Below, piece after piece: positions 28,299 to 38,001 of a stretch of DNA of 64,000 nt. Position 1 is the first letter of the stretch; each line of letters opens with the position of its first letter. The translations under genes were made by a program, and so were the position numbers. The notes beneath the pieces were generated by a model. It made no database searches and had not been told where the DNA came from. It saw only the letters and a program-made list of their open reading frames with translations. The stretch comes from a virus. The stretch covers positions 27,770 to 91,769 of the IMG/VR virus record IMGVR_UViG_3300042566_000478. One strand, given 5' to 3'.

Positions 28299-29378
28299 TT
28301 ACGAGGAAGCGATTGCTCCACCCTTGGTGTTCAGCAACACACGTGATTCGTGTGTAATCATGCCGAAGCCCCAAATGGCGTACCAAGCGAGTCCATGCTC
28401 ACGACCAAAGTCAATTACGCCACCGTCACGGAGTTCAACTGGCAATGCGATTGCATGTCCAAATGCGTTGTCTCCAATCATGATTGCGTTGTACGACTCT
28501 GCGTTCATTGCTTGCGTACCCGATGCTGACGAGTCAATGTCTGCTGGACCTACGTTCTTCTTAACCTGAGTGGTTTCAATGAACACAACGTCATACAGAC
28601 GACCAATTTCACCAAGCATGAAGTTGCCAGGTGCAGCGTACTTGGATACTTCAATGAATTCAGGCCAGTCACGGAGCGCACGGCTCTGTGATGGGTGAAC
28701 GAAGCAAACGTAAGTGTCGCCAAGGCGTGGGATGTTCTGACCAGCGAGGATTTCAACAGCATCCTTGATGGTTGCAGGTGAGAGGTAACCTGGGTTACTT
28801 GCGTCACCCAAAGTGCCTGCATCGTAAGGAGCAATTGAACCACGGGTTGCACCGAGGGTCTTGCGACCAAACACTAGGTTTGGAGGAACTGCTGCGCCGC
28901 CACCAAATGGAATTGCGGTCTGGTAGAGGGTGTTGCGAGCCTGAATGTCCATGCTTTGTGCCATGTGACGACCAAGCAAACGGCTTGACGATGCCATAAC
29001 GTCATCAAACGATGCGTTAAGGAGCAATTCGGTAACTGCAAGAGCCTGACCTTGTTCACCTACGGTGATTTGAATCTGTGATGCTGACAGAGCAACTGGC
29101 TCCATACGCACACCTTCATCAAGGGTTGCTCCTTCTGTTTCGTCTACAGCAAGGTTGCTGTAGCGCATGAAGTTGATGGTCAAACCAGGTTGTACACCAA
29201 GTTCGGTCTTCTTCACTGCAAACTGTTCAAAGCGAAGAACAGGCATTGCCTGGAACAAGATTTCCTTGGACCAGATAGTTTGAATTGCTGGGGATAAAGC
29301 GGTGTCGCTACTGTAACCAGTTGAACTAATGTTCGCTGTTGCAGTAATCGCACCACCTGTTGGTGCTGGAAATGCCAT
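28299..29378 (-). CDS. Major capsid protein (N4 gp56-like, HK97 fold)
   Basis: FEQFA..K, L.EGV, VHPSQ...L, GEIGRLYDVVFIET, DFGR...LAWY. Confidence 0.92.
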   Translation of the reverse strand: MAFPAPTGGAITATANISSTGYSSDTALSPAIQTIWSKEILFQAMPVLRFEQFAVKKTELGVQPGLTINFMRYSNLAVDETEGATLDEGVRMEPVALSASQIQITVGEQGQALAVTELLLNASFDDVMASSSRLLGRHMAQSMDIQARNTLYQTAIPFGGGAAVPPNLVFGRKTLGATRGSIAPYDAGTLGDASNPGYLSPATIKDAVEILAGQNIPRLGDTYVCFVHPSQSRALRDWPEFIEVSKYAAPGNFMLGEIGRLYDVVFIETTQVKKNVGPADIDSSASGTQAMNAESYNAIMIGDNAFGHAIALPVELRDGGVIDFGREHGLAWYAIWGFGMITHESRVLLNTKGGAIASS

Positions 29379-29410
29379 GATGTCTCCTTAAGTGACTATG
29401 GATAGATTAT

Positions 29411-30190
29411 TTAAAAACGACCTTTAGGTCGTGAACTTAAAAGCCTGTCTCGCATTTTAACATACTGGTCCATTGTCATATTACGGATATCATCCGCATT
29501 CAATGTTTGGTATTCCGTTTGAGTTTCCATTGGCCCAACGGATGGTGACGTTACCGCCACACCCTTAACACGACTTGGTTGAGTCGCTTGTTGGATACTC
29601 TCAATAATAGCAGCACTCCGTTGACGAAGGATTTCCACTGATGCTTCAACCTCTTCTGGGGTGTTGCCTGCGACCAAATCAATCAGTTCAGGAATGATTT
29701 CGTCTTGAGACTCGTGTACACGGCGCTGGCGGTAGGTTTCAACCTCACGCAACTGGCGCTCTTTATCTAGCAATGCTTGTTGTGCAGAACGCTCTGCTTC
29801 AATTTGGGCAAAGCGGTTTTGCCATTCAGCGTCAACATTTTTAATCTTGACGTTAAATTCATCTTCAGTTCGCTTGAGAAGTTCTTTTGCGCTCAACTCA
29901 TCAAACTCACGCTGACGGCGAATTTCTTCTTCCTTACGGGCAATTTCTTGCGCCTCACGGATAGCCTTCTCACGGTCTTGAGCAAGAGATGTAACTTGCT
30001 CTTCCATGCTCTTGTATCGGCTTTCAGCCTCTTCAATGCGCTTGTAGAGTTTGTCTTTCTCTTGCTTACGGATGTTTTCTACTTCGTCTTCTGTGAAGAC
30101 TTTGCCCTTTGGGGCAACTGTGTTTGCCTCCGCATGAAAGGCTTCTGTAGCCTCCACAGGGATGACAATTTCGTCATTACCTTTTGCCAT
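29411..30190 (-). CDS. Capsid scaffolding protein
   Basis: FTEDEVENIRKQEKDKLY, long coiled coil, between portal and capsid genes. Confidence 0.8.
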   Translation of the reverse strand: MAKGNDEIVIPVEATEAFHAEANTVAPKGKVFTEDEVENIRKQEKDKLYKRIEEAESRYKSMEEQVTSLAQDREKAIREAQEIARKEEEIRRQREFDELSAKELLKRTEDEFNVKIKNVDAEWQNRFAQIEAERSAQQALLDKERQLREVETYRQRRVHESQDEIIPELIDLVAGNTPEEVEASVEILRQRSAAIIESIQQATQPSRVKGVAVTSPSVGPMETQTEYQTLNADDIRNMTMDQYVKMRDRLLSSRPKGRF

Positions 30191-30243
30191 GATTTTCTCC
30201 TAAGTGTTGTTTAGCAAATATTGACTTGTGTTATTAATACGTT

Positions 30244-31935
30244 TTATTTGTCTTCGTCAGGTATACGGCGCTGGGCGAACCTTGCTCCGTATGCCTTACT
30301 AGTCATTTGGTTCATCAATTCCATTTCTACTGGTGGGATACCAGCACCTGGAAGCACTCCGCCCCCTTGAGGGCTTCCTGCACTAGTTACATTACCATCT
30401 CCTGAAGGAGCAGGTTCAAGACCCCCTCCATTAGGAAGTAGCCCTGTAGCCATCATTACTGCTTGACCAATTTGAGCACGAATCATATCCAATGCTCCTT
30501 GGTCAACAGCGTCATCTCGTAGTTCCTCAAAGACTTCAATCATCTTCTCATTCGGGAACTCTTCACCTAGGGCTCGTAGTGCGCCCTTCTTAGATTCAAT
30601 ACCCAAAGCCATCTTTGCCTGCACTTCGTTGAGTTTGATAAGAGCATCAACAGGAAGTGGGTCGGGCCAGTGAATGGTTGTCTTGTATGTATTTGGGTCA
30701 TTAGGGTCTAACTGTGTGAGCATGTCTGGCTCAGGCATTGCAGACTGTGACGGGTTATAAATCAACAGTTCAGGAACAAACACAGCACAAGTTTTGATAA
30801 TGATTTCGTTCAGACGTTCAAGACCCTGTGTAAAGTGAATCTTCTTCATCTGGTAACGGTTCATCAAAGGCTGGTACTGAATAGCCAAAGCAACACCTGA
30901 AGTATTAGATACTGGCTGGAATTGACCAAGAGCAGTTTCAGGTACGCCAGTGATTTCATGCATTGCTCGTTTAATCATTTGCACGTATTCAATAGCACCA
31001 GACATTTCGCCACGTGACTCAAGGTTAAACACTTGTGCTTCTTTAGGAAGACCAGCCCAAACCTTCTTAGGACCACGCTCTAGTTGTGAAGCCTTAGCAC
31101 CAGTGATGATAGTTACTGGGGCAGCGTGGTAGTTGATGATGTCTGAGATTTCAGTCATCTTCTCGTTGAGTTCACGGTTCAATTGGATAATGTCCCAAAT
31201 GTCTGACTGACCCCAAGGTGATGAAGTTATTGTAATGTTCGGAATGTGAACAATTGGAACAACACCAATTGGGTTTTCATACTCATCAATCAACTCATCA
31301 TTGATAAATTGCTGTACGGTATTGTCCGTAAGAATTTCAGTAAATGTGTAAACCTGACGAGTTCCTTCTGGCGATGTTCCCCAGAAACGATACTTAAGTT
31401 TAAATCTGATTAAGCGCTCACGGTCATGTGGGTGATACTCAGGGAAACAATGCGCTGGGTTTAGTGGAAGAATGCGGACACGACCTGGGTGCTGTAGCCC
31501 AACACCATCAACGTAAGGTTCATCATATGCAACTTTTACAAAGCAGTCTCCAGTGATACTTGCAAGTTGCCCCATTTGCCACAACAAATAATGTTTGTTG
31601 TTGTGGTTGTCCCACACTTCGTGAAGCAGTTGTGGAATGATTGCTTCGTTTTGCTCAGGTACTTTAAATTGAATACCTTTACCAAAGCAGAAGTTTGTAA
31701 TGAAATCCGACATGGTTTTCACATAATTCATGGTGACGTTGTTGTCACCCATCTCACGGCGGTGTGACCAGTGATGACCTAGATACCAAGCCCAAGCAGC
31801 AGAATACCTGTTGAGTCTTGGTCCATGAACTTCAAACTCTTCGTCAGCAAGTTCAACCAATCCAAGTGGACTAATCGCTACGGTTAAGTCACTAGATGCC
31901 GCCCTATAAGACGGTGACCAAAAATCAACAGGCAT
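30244..31935 (-). CDS. Portal protein (SPP1 gp6-like)
   Basis: NPIGVVPIVHIPN...WGQSDI; NTSGVAL. Confidence 0.9.
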   Translation of the reverse strand: MPVDFWSPSYRAASSDLTVAISPLGLVELADEEFEVHGPRLNRYSAAWAWYLGHHWSHRREMGDNNVTMNYVKTMSDFITNFCFGKGIQFKVPEQNEAIIPQLLHEVWDNHNNKHYLLWQMGQLASITGDCFVKVAYDEPYVDGVGLQHPGRVRILPLNPAHCFPEYHPHDRERLIRFKLKYRFWGTSPEGTRQVYTFTEILTDNTVQQFINDELIDEYENPIGVVPIVHIPNITITSSPWGQSDIWDIIQLNRELNEKMTEISDIINYHAAPVTIITGAKASQLERGPKKVWAGLPKEAQVFNLESRGEMSGAIEYVQMIKRAMHEITGVPETALGQFQPVSNTSGVALAIQYQPLMNRYQMKKIHFTQGLERLNEIIIKTCAVFVPELLIYNPSQSAMPEPDMLTQLDPNDPNTYKTTIHWPDPLPVDALIKLNEVQAKMALGIESKKGALRALGEEFPNEKMIEVFEELRDDAVDQGALDMIRAQIGQAVMMATGLLPNGGGLEPAPSGDGNVTSAGSPQGGGVLPGAGIPPVEMELMNQMTSKAYGARFAQRRIPDEDK

Positions 31936-31972
31936 TCGTTACACCTTTTCTGAAAAGAAGAATACTAAGATA

Positions 31973-32242
31973 TTACTTCTTTTTTGCAGGGGCGGCTTTT
32001 TTGGCTGGTGCTTTCTTAGCAACAGGTGCTGCTTCCATAGCCTTGGTTGCTACGCTCAAAAGAAGAGCAGTGTTTTTTGGACCAATTTTGGTTGATACAA
32101 CCGAGACAAGTGCTGCTACCGCAGGCAATGCGATTGCAATTACTTCTGGGGTCAAGTCCAACTTGGCTCCTGCATAGGTAAGTGCGCCCAAAACTGCGCC
32201 CTTAATTGCTGCGTCTGTTGTTTCTACTTTTGCTTGATTCAT
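31973..32242 (-). CDS. Small hydrophobic protein with Lys/Ala/Pro tail
   Basis: Two hydrophobic segments; KKAPAKKAAPAKKK. Confidence 0.6.
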   Translation of the reverse strand: MNQAKVETTDAAIKGAVLGALTYAGAKLDLTPEVIAIALPAVAALVSVVSTKIGPKNTALLLSVATKAMEAAPVAKKAPAKKAAPAKKK

Positions 32243-32269
32243 ATTAACTCCTTAATAGGGGATACCCGA

Positions 32270-32902
32270 TTATACAGGCTTACGGGTTTTGCTTTGTTCG
32301 TACTCCTGAATGTACGTGTGATACGGAGGTCCCGTATGAGGGTCAAACTTAGCACTAACGGCGAGAGCCTTCAGCGCATGGTTTTTAGCCTGTTGCACAG
32401 TTTGTTTCTTGTTGTGCGTAAGTACATGCATAGCACCTAGGGCGTACTCGCCACCAGACCCAATCACGTACAGACCACTGGCTTCAGAAGCCCAAGCGTA
32501 ATCTCCATCAACTATATAGATAGTGCCGTTAATGGCTACAAGAATTAATGACCCTTGCTCTGCAATGTGTTGCTTGTTTTCGTTAAGGTCGGGGATTGAG
32601 TATCCTTGTGCATCAAAGCATTCACGGAGTGCTGGTATAAACTTCGCCGTAAAGAACTGGTCAAGTTTCTTCCCTTTAAGGTTTGGCGGTGGGGTCGGCG
32701 GTTGGAATACATGATGGAGAATGTTGATGGCCCGTACATCTCCAGCAGCACCAAGTAAATATTTTCCATTAGTTGATACCTTGCTACTTCCTTCACGAAG
32801 AGTTCCTATTTGCGTGGCAATGCCCCCATCAATAGACGAGATGCGAGAGTCCACGCAGACGACTGCGAACCCATCACCTTGGACAGCGACAATAGTAGTC
32901 AT
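32270..32902 (-). CDS. Ntn-hydrolase, HslV/proteasome beta-subunit-like Thr protease
   Basis: M-TTIVAV...DSRIS, K, GAAGD, IGSG..YALGA, D..TG. Confidence 0.85.
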   Translation of the reverse strand: MTTIVAVQGDGFAVVCVDSRISSIDGGIATQIGTLREGSSKVSTNGKYLLGAAGDVRAINILHHVFQPPTPPPNLKGKKLDQFFTAKFIPALRECFDAQGYSIPDLNENKQHIAEQGSLILVAINGTIYIVDGDYAWASEASGLYVIGSGGEYALGAMHVLTHNKKQTVQQAKNHALKALAVSAKFDPHTGPPYHTYIQEYEQSKTRKPV

Positions 32903-32904
32903 GG

Positions 32905-34062
32905 CTATTCAGCGATGAATTCCTTCCCATGATACAACGCCCAACCGTTGTAGATGGGAATAACATCGTATGCGAACCTGTGATTTCCGTCATCCTCGTA
33001 AGTGACAACACCGATACCTTGTTGCCAATTCTCGTGACGAGTTAGAGGGCGACCATCAAGGTCTACACCACCACGTGTAGAAGGAATAGCACCGTCAATT
33101 CTAGCAAGGCAACCAGGAGAAGCAGCCATAATGGTTCTCGGACCATCAAAGTCTTCACGTGTTTTAAACGCTGTTTCAATGCGATGAATATGCCCATAGA
33201 TAACACTCGTCTTCTCTTGGTTAAGGTATACGTGTGCAGTAGAACCTGATGATTTCACACGGTCACCGTGGATGATGCGAAGTTTTTCATTGACCCAATA
33301 GTCAGATGCTGGATAACCTGGTCGGTACTCAATACCAAACTCATCCATACGGCAAAGGTATGGGACTGAAAGAACAGGCCACGAGTCTGGTGTGTTACCT
33401 TTGCGAAGACCGTAAGCAGCACCTGCGTTTTGTACGAGGTACTTAGGCATACGTTCTTCGTGATTTCCTGCAAGCCAAATGATTTTTGCATTTGGAGCAG
33501 CAGCACGAAGTTGAGCGCAGAACAAAGTTGCACGGTCAATTGATGCTTGTGTAGTTTGTGCATACGCAGGATATGTCACATACTTGCCCATCTCAGGAAG
33601 GTCAAGGTTGTCACCAACAAGTGCAATAACTTCAGGTTGTAAATCTTCTATAACCTTAATGCAGATGTCAAGAGCCTTTTCGTCATGTGTTGCTTCCAAG
33701 TTTCCTTCACGGTTGCGGTAATAACCAATCTGAATATCTGGAGGAACTACACAGGTCTTAAACCCTGTTGCTTTTTTCTTAGTTACTTTTGGTGTTGGTA
33801 ACTTGATAGCAGGACCTTGTTGTACAACAGGCCATTCAGGACCAGACTCCCATTTAGGTGAGAACTTAAATTGCACACCAGCAAGGTCGTGAATCTCTGC
33901 TTCACCTTCTTCGTTTTTGGTAAGTGATTGATAGAGAGATACTCGTTGTATTTGACCAATTTCGTCTACATCAATTCCTTGACGAGCAAATAGGTCAGCA
34001 AGTTTTCCAAGCACTTCTTTAGGACTCTGTGGTCCAGCAGTTAGTTCTTCTTTAATGGACAT
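32905..34062 (-). CDS. Calcineurin-like metallophosphoesterase
   Basis: PDIQ, GDNLD, GNHE, HGD, GHIHR. Confidence 0.85.
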   Translation of the reverse strand: MSIKEELTAGPQSPKEVLGKLADLFARQGIDVDEIGQIQRVSLYQSLTKNEEGEAEIHDLAGVQFKFSPKWESGPEWPVVQQGPAIKLPTPKVTKKKATGFKTCVVPPDIQIGYYRNREGNLEATHDEKALDICIKVIEDLQPEVIALVGDNLDLPEMGKYVTYPAYAQTTQASIDRATLFCAQLRAAAPNAKIIWLAGNHEERMPKYLVQNAGAAYGLRKGNTPDSWPVLSVPYLCRMDEFGIEYRPGYPASDYWVNEKLRIIHGDRVKSSGSTAHVYLNQEKTSVIYGHIHRIETAFKTREDFDGPRTIMAASPGCLARIDGAIPSTRGGVDLDGRPLTRHENWQQGIGVVTYEDDGNHRFAYDVIPIYNGWALYHGKEFIAE

Positions 34063-34333
34063 CGCAACTACACATCTTTCTACTATGTTTTTCTACCATT
34101 CGGATTGTTACATCATGCCCATGTTTTTTAAGCAAATCAGAAAGCCACTTATACGTGTAGCCACTAGTTTGGATTGAGCGAGGTGAAGCGTTCTTTTCTC
34201 GTATTTTAACGAAAGCATCATCTAATGCTGCCTGTTCTTCAACAGACATTTCATTACGGACTTTGCCAATACCGCAAAGTTTTAGAGGAGCAGAACCTGC
34301 TTTAAGTTCGTCTAATAAACTATTTTTTGACAT
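34052..34333 (-). CDS. Hypothetical protein (possible Zn/HTH)
   Basis: C...H...CSC pattern. Confidence 0.6.
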   Translation of the reverse strand: MSKNSLLDELKAGSAPLKLCGIGKVRNEMSVEEQAALDDAFVKIREKNASPRSIQTSGYTYKWLSDLLKKHGHDVTIRMVEKHSRKMCSCDVH

Positions 34334-34463
34334 TTTTCTTCTCCAACTTGTGTCGTTCTTTTTGAAGCACCTCTATTACTCTGAACAATTCTTCAGTATC
34401 AGAAGGCCCAACAAAGACCTTACTGAGATAATAGAGGATACGGTCAATGTCATGTACCTTCAT
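34320..34463 (-). CDS. Small hypothetical protein, 47 aa, not in the ORF track (MKVHDIDRILYYLSK...)
   Basis: RBS GGGGTG; downstream of a consensus promoter; overlaps the next gene. Confidence 0.6.
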   Translation of the reverse strand: MKVHDIDRILYYLSKVFVGPSDTEELFRVIEVLQKERHKLEKKNVKK

Positions 34464-34491
34464 GCTACCACCCTTTTGGTTTAGGTTGTGT

Positions 34492-34520
34492 AGCGTATCC
34501 TACCTAAGTAGGTGTGTCAA
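34492..34520 (-). promoter_or_regulatory. Sigma70/HrdB-type promoter
   Basis: TTGACA-N17-TACGCT; spacer contains inverted repeat CCTAC-TTAG-GTAGG. Confidence 0.7.
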
Positions 34521-35060
34521 CTACCCCTGAAAGGAAGCGACAGCCTCTGGAATATTGTCACCACATACGTAGCGCAAGTGCCAAGGCTCAGAGGGAACAA
34601 CTTCCCATGAGAAGCCAAACTTTTTCACATTGGCAATCAACCAATTAAGACGTTTTGGCTCTGCGGCGTTAGCCACATCAACGGCGATGCCGAGGTTATG
34701 CTGGGACTTACCAGGTGTCGCCAACATTGCCATACCCTTTTTCAGATACCAAGTCTTGCCTTCAAATGTTTTGGTGCTTTGACCTGGGATTGGTTCAAGT
34801 TGGTAGCGAGTAAGGAATCCTTTTTTCTGTGTTTCGTAATCACGATATGTGTCACCTGCTGAAGTCGGCTTGAGTTCAACCCCTTCAGCCTTTGCAGCAG
34901 CAACCATTGCAGCCCACGCTTTTGCCGCAATGTGGTGCATCTTTCCGCCACCTACGGCAGGGACAAGAAGATTTGCTGGCAACTTTCCAGGCTCAATGCC
35001 CTTAAGGTCCTTTGGTAATACTACGGGAACAATATAATCCCAAGCAACTTTCTTACTCAT
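34521..35060 (-). CDS. M15-family peptidase (VanY-like), probable endolysin
   Basis: YR...Q, PGKSQHNLGIAVD, EPWH. Confidence 0.85.
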   Translation of the reverse strand: MSKKVAWDYIVPVVLPKDLKGIEPGKLPANLLVPAVGGGKMHHIAAKAWAAMVAAAKAEGVELKPTSAGDTYRDYETQKKGFLTRYQLEPIPGQSTKTFEGKTWYLKKGMAMLATPGKSQHNLGIAVDVANAAEPKRLNWLIANVKKFGFSWEVVPSEPWHLRYVCGDNIPEAVASFQG

Positions 35061-35344
35061 GCAATCTCCTCATCGTCAGGGATACCATTACCATTTTTAT
35101 CTTCTGCGTTCCTGCCAGTTGAAATCATCAAACCAGCAAGTGTTCCAGTAATGAATGTCGCTACTGAAGAAAGAACGCTAAAGAACATTTTATCATTCTC
35201 TGCTTGAGCGCCGATAGGCTGTGTAACAAACACAAGCGCCCAAAGCACCCCGACTGTGGTGATGAGTAGGACAAAACCAAGCATGCATCCGATTACAAAC
35301 TTCAAACGGGCATCTAGTTCTGCTGAGGTTAACCGTGGTTTCAT
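35057..35344 (-). CDS. Two-TM membrane protein (holin-like)
   Basis: Two long hydrophobic helices; C-terminal DKNGNGIPD. Confidence 0.65.
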   Translation of the reverse strand: MKPRLTSAELDARLKFVIGCMLGFVLLITTVGVLWALVFVTQPIGAQAENDKMFFSVLSSVATFITGTLAGLMISTGRNAEDKNGNGIPDDEEIA

Positions 35345-35577
35345 GGTGCTGTTGTCTCCTGTGTTGGGATTAGTTCTTCTAATACTGGGTTTACTAAACC
35401 TTCCAAAGTTGGGTCAAAACCTAGTAATGTGTCTGGGCATGCCCCATCTACTTGGCATGCAGGGCGTTGGCACTCAGGCTTTTCCCAGTTTGCTGGGTCT
35501 TGGCATTCATAACGGTATTTACCGTCATAGCCACAACTTGCTAAAAGTATTGCTGAAATAAAGAATAACTTTTTCAT
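35341..35577 (-). CDS. Small lipoprotein
   Basis: MKK + hydrophobic stretch + LASC lipobox; 4 further Cys. Confidence 0.7.
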   Translation of the reverse strand: MKKLFFISAILLASCGYDGKYRYECQDPANWEKPECQRPACQVDGACPDTLLGFDPTLEGLVNPVLEELIPTQETTAP

Positions 35578-35792
35578 TTCTTTTCCTTATCCATATGCCA
35601 GTCAATGTGTGTGTTCAAACGACCAGCCACTGCGTCAATACCGCTACGAACTTTGCGAAGTTCGGACATTACGTTTGCGTGGTCTTGACGATTTTCCGTT
35701 CTGAATTCTTTGAAGGACTTCAGAAGAAAACCGACTCCAGTTCCTATTACGGGTATAGCAGCCGCAATGATGATTGCCCACGCATCGCTCAT
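35574..35792 (-). CDS. Single-TM coiled-coil protein (lysis-associated)
   Basis: N-terminal TM, then coiled coil ending HIDWH. Confidence 0.65.
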   Translation of the reverse strand: MSDAWAIIIAAAIPVIGTGVGFLLKSFKEFRTENRQDHANVMSELRKVRSGIDAVAGRLNTHIDWHMDKEKK

Positions 35793-35795
35793 AGG

Positions 35796-37010
35796 TCACT
35801 CTTTAATTCCAAATTGTTGACCATTGATTTTACGGCGAGCATGTACCATACTTGATGCACCTTGTGGGGTGTTATCAATTACTTCTCTAATTTTTTGTCG
35901 TTGCAAAACATCTGGAGATGCATACTTTTTAGGAATACCACCAGTTTGACCGACTGGGATATCAGGGCGAACTGGGCGAACAAAACCTGATTCCGTTGCA
36001 GCGCCTTCCATTGCTTTTAACCCTGCTGTGTGTTTTACAGTCAACCCACCAGTTTGCCCAGCAAATCCACGAGCAGTGTCGTGCATGCGAGCGTCAGTAT
36101 TGTCTGCATCGTAAAGATAAAATTCTTCTTCATTACCATGTGCGTCTTGCATCACCCAGCGTTCTGGTTTTGGTTCATCTTTACCTAACCACAACGCTGC
36201 TTGAGTGGTAAGACCAGCATCATGTCGTTGTTTTACACGTTTTGTAGGTGTCTGTTCACTAATGCTTCCAGTGAGATAATAGTTTGATGGTGCATCTGCT
36301 TCAGGTTCTTTTTCTCCTGGGCGAAGCACACGGTTCATTTTTTCTTTTGTGTAGTTCATATGGGTCATCAACGGATGTTGTTTTGCAAGACCAATTGCTT
36401 CTGGGTCTGTACTTCCTTTTCCTTCAAAATCCGCAATCCAAGGACCAGCCAAAGTTGTTTTATGCCAAGGAACGTCTGTCCACATGTTGCTACGCAAAGC
36501 AGGAATCATCCCAAGTTCACGAGCATTACGAGCGCCTTTTCGTGATTGAATTACAGCAAGTGCTCCAGCAAACTGAGGATTGTCTGCCCAATAACCAGAC
36601 CTAATTTGTTTTGCTTTTTCAGCAGAACCTCCAGGCATACCATAATGCCCAGACTTAGAGTTACACAATTGAGTGCAGATTGGAGTCCTACAACCTGAGC
36701 ATCCCTCAAATCTTCCGCTACTTGTAGCGTTTGCTAAAGACATACTCATTTGATGAGTTGACCTAACAAGTTCATCTGGGTGAGTTGCGTTTTTAGCAAT
36801 TTTTAAATTAGTTGATTTTTCTCCAGGGTCAGTATCACTAATCATTGATAGACCAGCGCCACCACCACGGCTTTTCTTATACAAGTCCCAATCATCAATT
36901 ACTTTTTTAGGTTGAGCAATTGCAGAACGATATTCAGATTCACTAACTGAATTGACAATATCTTGTAATGCTGGTAATTGTGGGGTTACTTCTATCCTTT
37001 TCTTAGCCAT
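35796..37010 (-). CDS. GP88-like (gene product 88) protein
   Basis: C..C....C...C cluster, LRSNMWTD.PW, NYTK, YYLTGS motifs. Confidence 0.55.
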   Translation of the reverse strand: MAKKRIEVTPQLPALQDIVNSVSESEYRSAIAQPKKVIDDWDLYKKSRGGGAGLSMISDTDPGEKSTNLKIAKNATHPDELVRSTHQMSMSLANATSSGRFEGCSGCRTPICTQLCNSKSGHYGMPGGSAEKAKQIRSGYWADNPQFAGALAVIQSRKGARNARELGMIPALRSNMWTDVPWHKTTLAGPWIADFEGKGSTDPEAIGLAKQHPLMTHMNYTKEKMNRVLRPGEKEPEADAPSNYYLTGSISEQTPTKRVKQRHDAGLTTQAALWLGKDEPKPERWVMQDAHGNEEEFYLYDADNTDARMHDTARGFAGQTGGLTVKHTAGLKAMEGAATESGFVRPVRPDIPVGQTGGIPKKYASPDVLQRQKIREVIDNTPQGASSMVHARRKINGQQFGIKE

Positions 37011-37014
37011 GTTG

Positions 37015-37557
37015 TTACCTCTGCTCGTAGTCGTACTGGTCTTTACGACCCTTACTTACGTGAATAGCCCTACGGCGAAGGTCAGTTTCTTTTACCAAAC
37101 GACCTTCATCTTCTGGGCGAACTGTGTCTTTAAGTTTCTTGTCAAGCATTGGTTTACCAGGACCAAACGCAGAATCAATTGGGTCAGCCATTGGGTCACG
37201 TTGTTTAAACTGAGATTCCTGTAATGTGTCTGCTGCTTGCAAATCACGAGGAACTACATAGCCTGTTGGTTGGTAAACTTTTACACCCATGTCATTCTTA
37301 AGATAGGTGTTAAGAACAAATGGGTGTCGGCGTTCACGAGTCTTAGGTGGTGGGGCGGCTTGAAAGGAAGAATAGAACTGACCAGTTCTACTCATGTACA
37401 AACTAGGACTAAATGCACCCGTAGGGCTTAGTCCATATGTTTGGGCAATGCCTGCCCTTAAGTCATCGGTTGAAGTTAGAGCAGGTGAATCAAAACCGAG
37501 TGGTTCTGCACCTATTGCACCAGCGTCAACACTTGGGTCGCCGCCGACATCTGACAT
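37015..37557 (-). CDS. Hypothetical protein
   Basis: 180-aa ORF in operon. Confidence 0.65.
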   Translation of the reverse strand: MSDVGGDPSVDAGAIGAEPLGFDSPALTSTDDLRAGIAQTYGLSPTGAFSPSLYMSRTGQFYSSFQAAPPPKTRERRHPFVLNTYLKNDMGVKVYQPTGYVVPRDLQAADTLQESQFKQRDPMADPIDSAFGPGKPMLDKKLKDTVRPEDEGRLVKETDLRRRAIHVSKGRKDQYDYEQR

Positions 37558-37559
37558 GA

Positions 37560-37961
37560 TTAGTCGTTAACAACCGTCACGTTTGGTCGGTTCATGTGTC
37601 CGCCTGAGTTGTATGAGTACTCAAACTGTGGCATGTCATCGCCAGCCATTGCACCTTCAACAAACTCTGAAAGTACCGATGGGGCTTCAATCCACGATGC
37701 TGAACCAACATGAGCACGTTCACGCATGGTGTCTGCTGCATGCTTGTAGAACATCTCTGGGTTGTTCTGGTTCATTCGCAAAGGCGATGGTGCGGTGTCC
37801 TCATAGGCTCCACGACCAAAGTCGTTTGGAACGTCAGTGTCGGTTGCGACACCTTCTTCAAAGCGAAGAGGTCCCTTGTTGCCTGGAATGCTTGGAGCCA
37901 TGTTTCGCTCAAAAACGGTAAGGTCACGTTCTGGGAACATTGGCGCTGGTGCTACTGTCAT
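37560..37961 (-). CDS. Hypothetical protein downstream of terminase
   Basis: RBS AAGGAG; upstream TG-N-TATTCT. Confidence 0.7.
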   Translation of the reverse strand: MTVAPAPMFPERDLTVFERNMAPSIPGNKGPLRFEEGVATDTDVPNDFGRGAYEDTAPSPLRMNQNNPEMFYKHAADTMRERAHVGSASWIEAPSVLSEFVEGAMAGDDMPQFEYSYNSGGHMNRPNVTVVND

Positions 37962-38001
37962 GTGTTACTCCTTGGAAAATAAGGTTTCCACAAGAATACC
38001 A

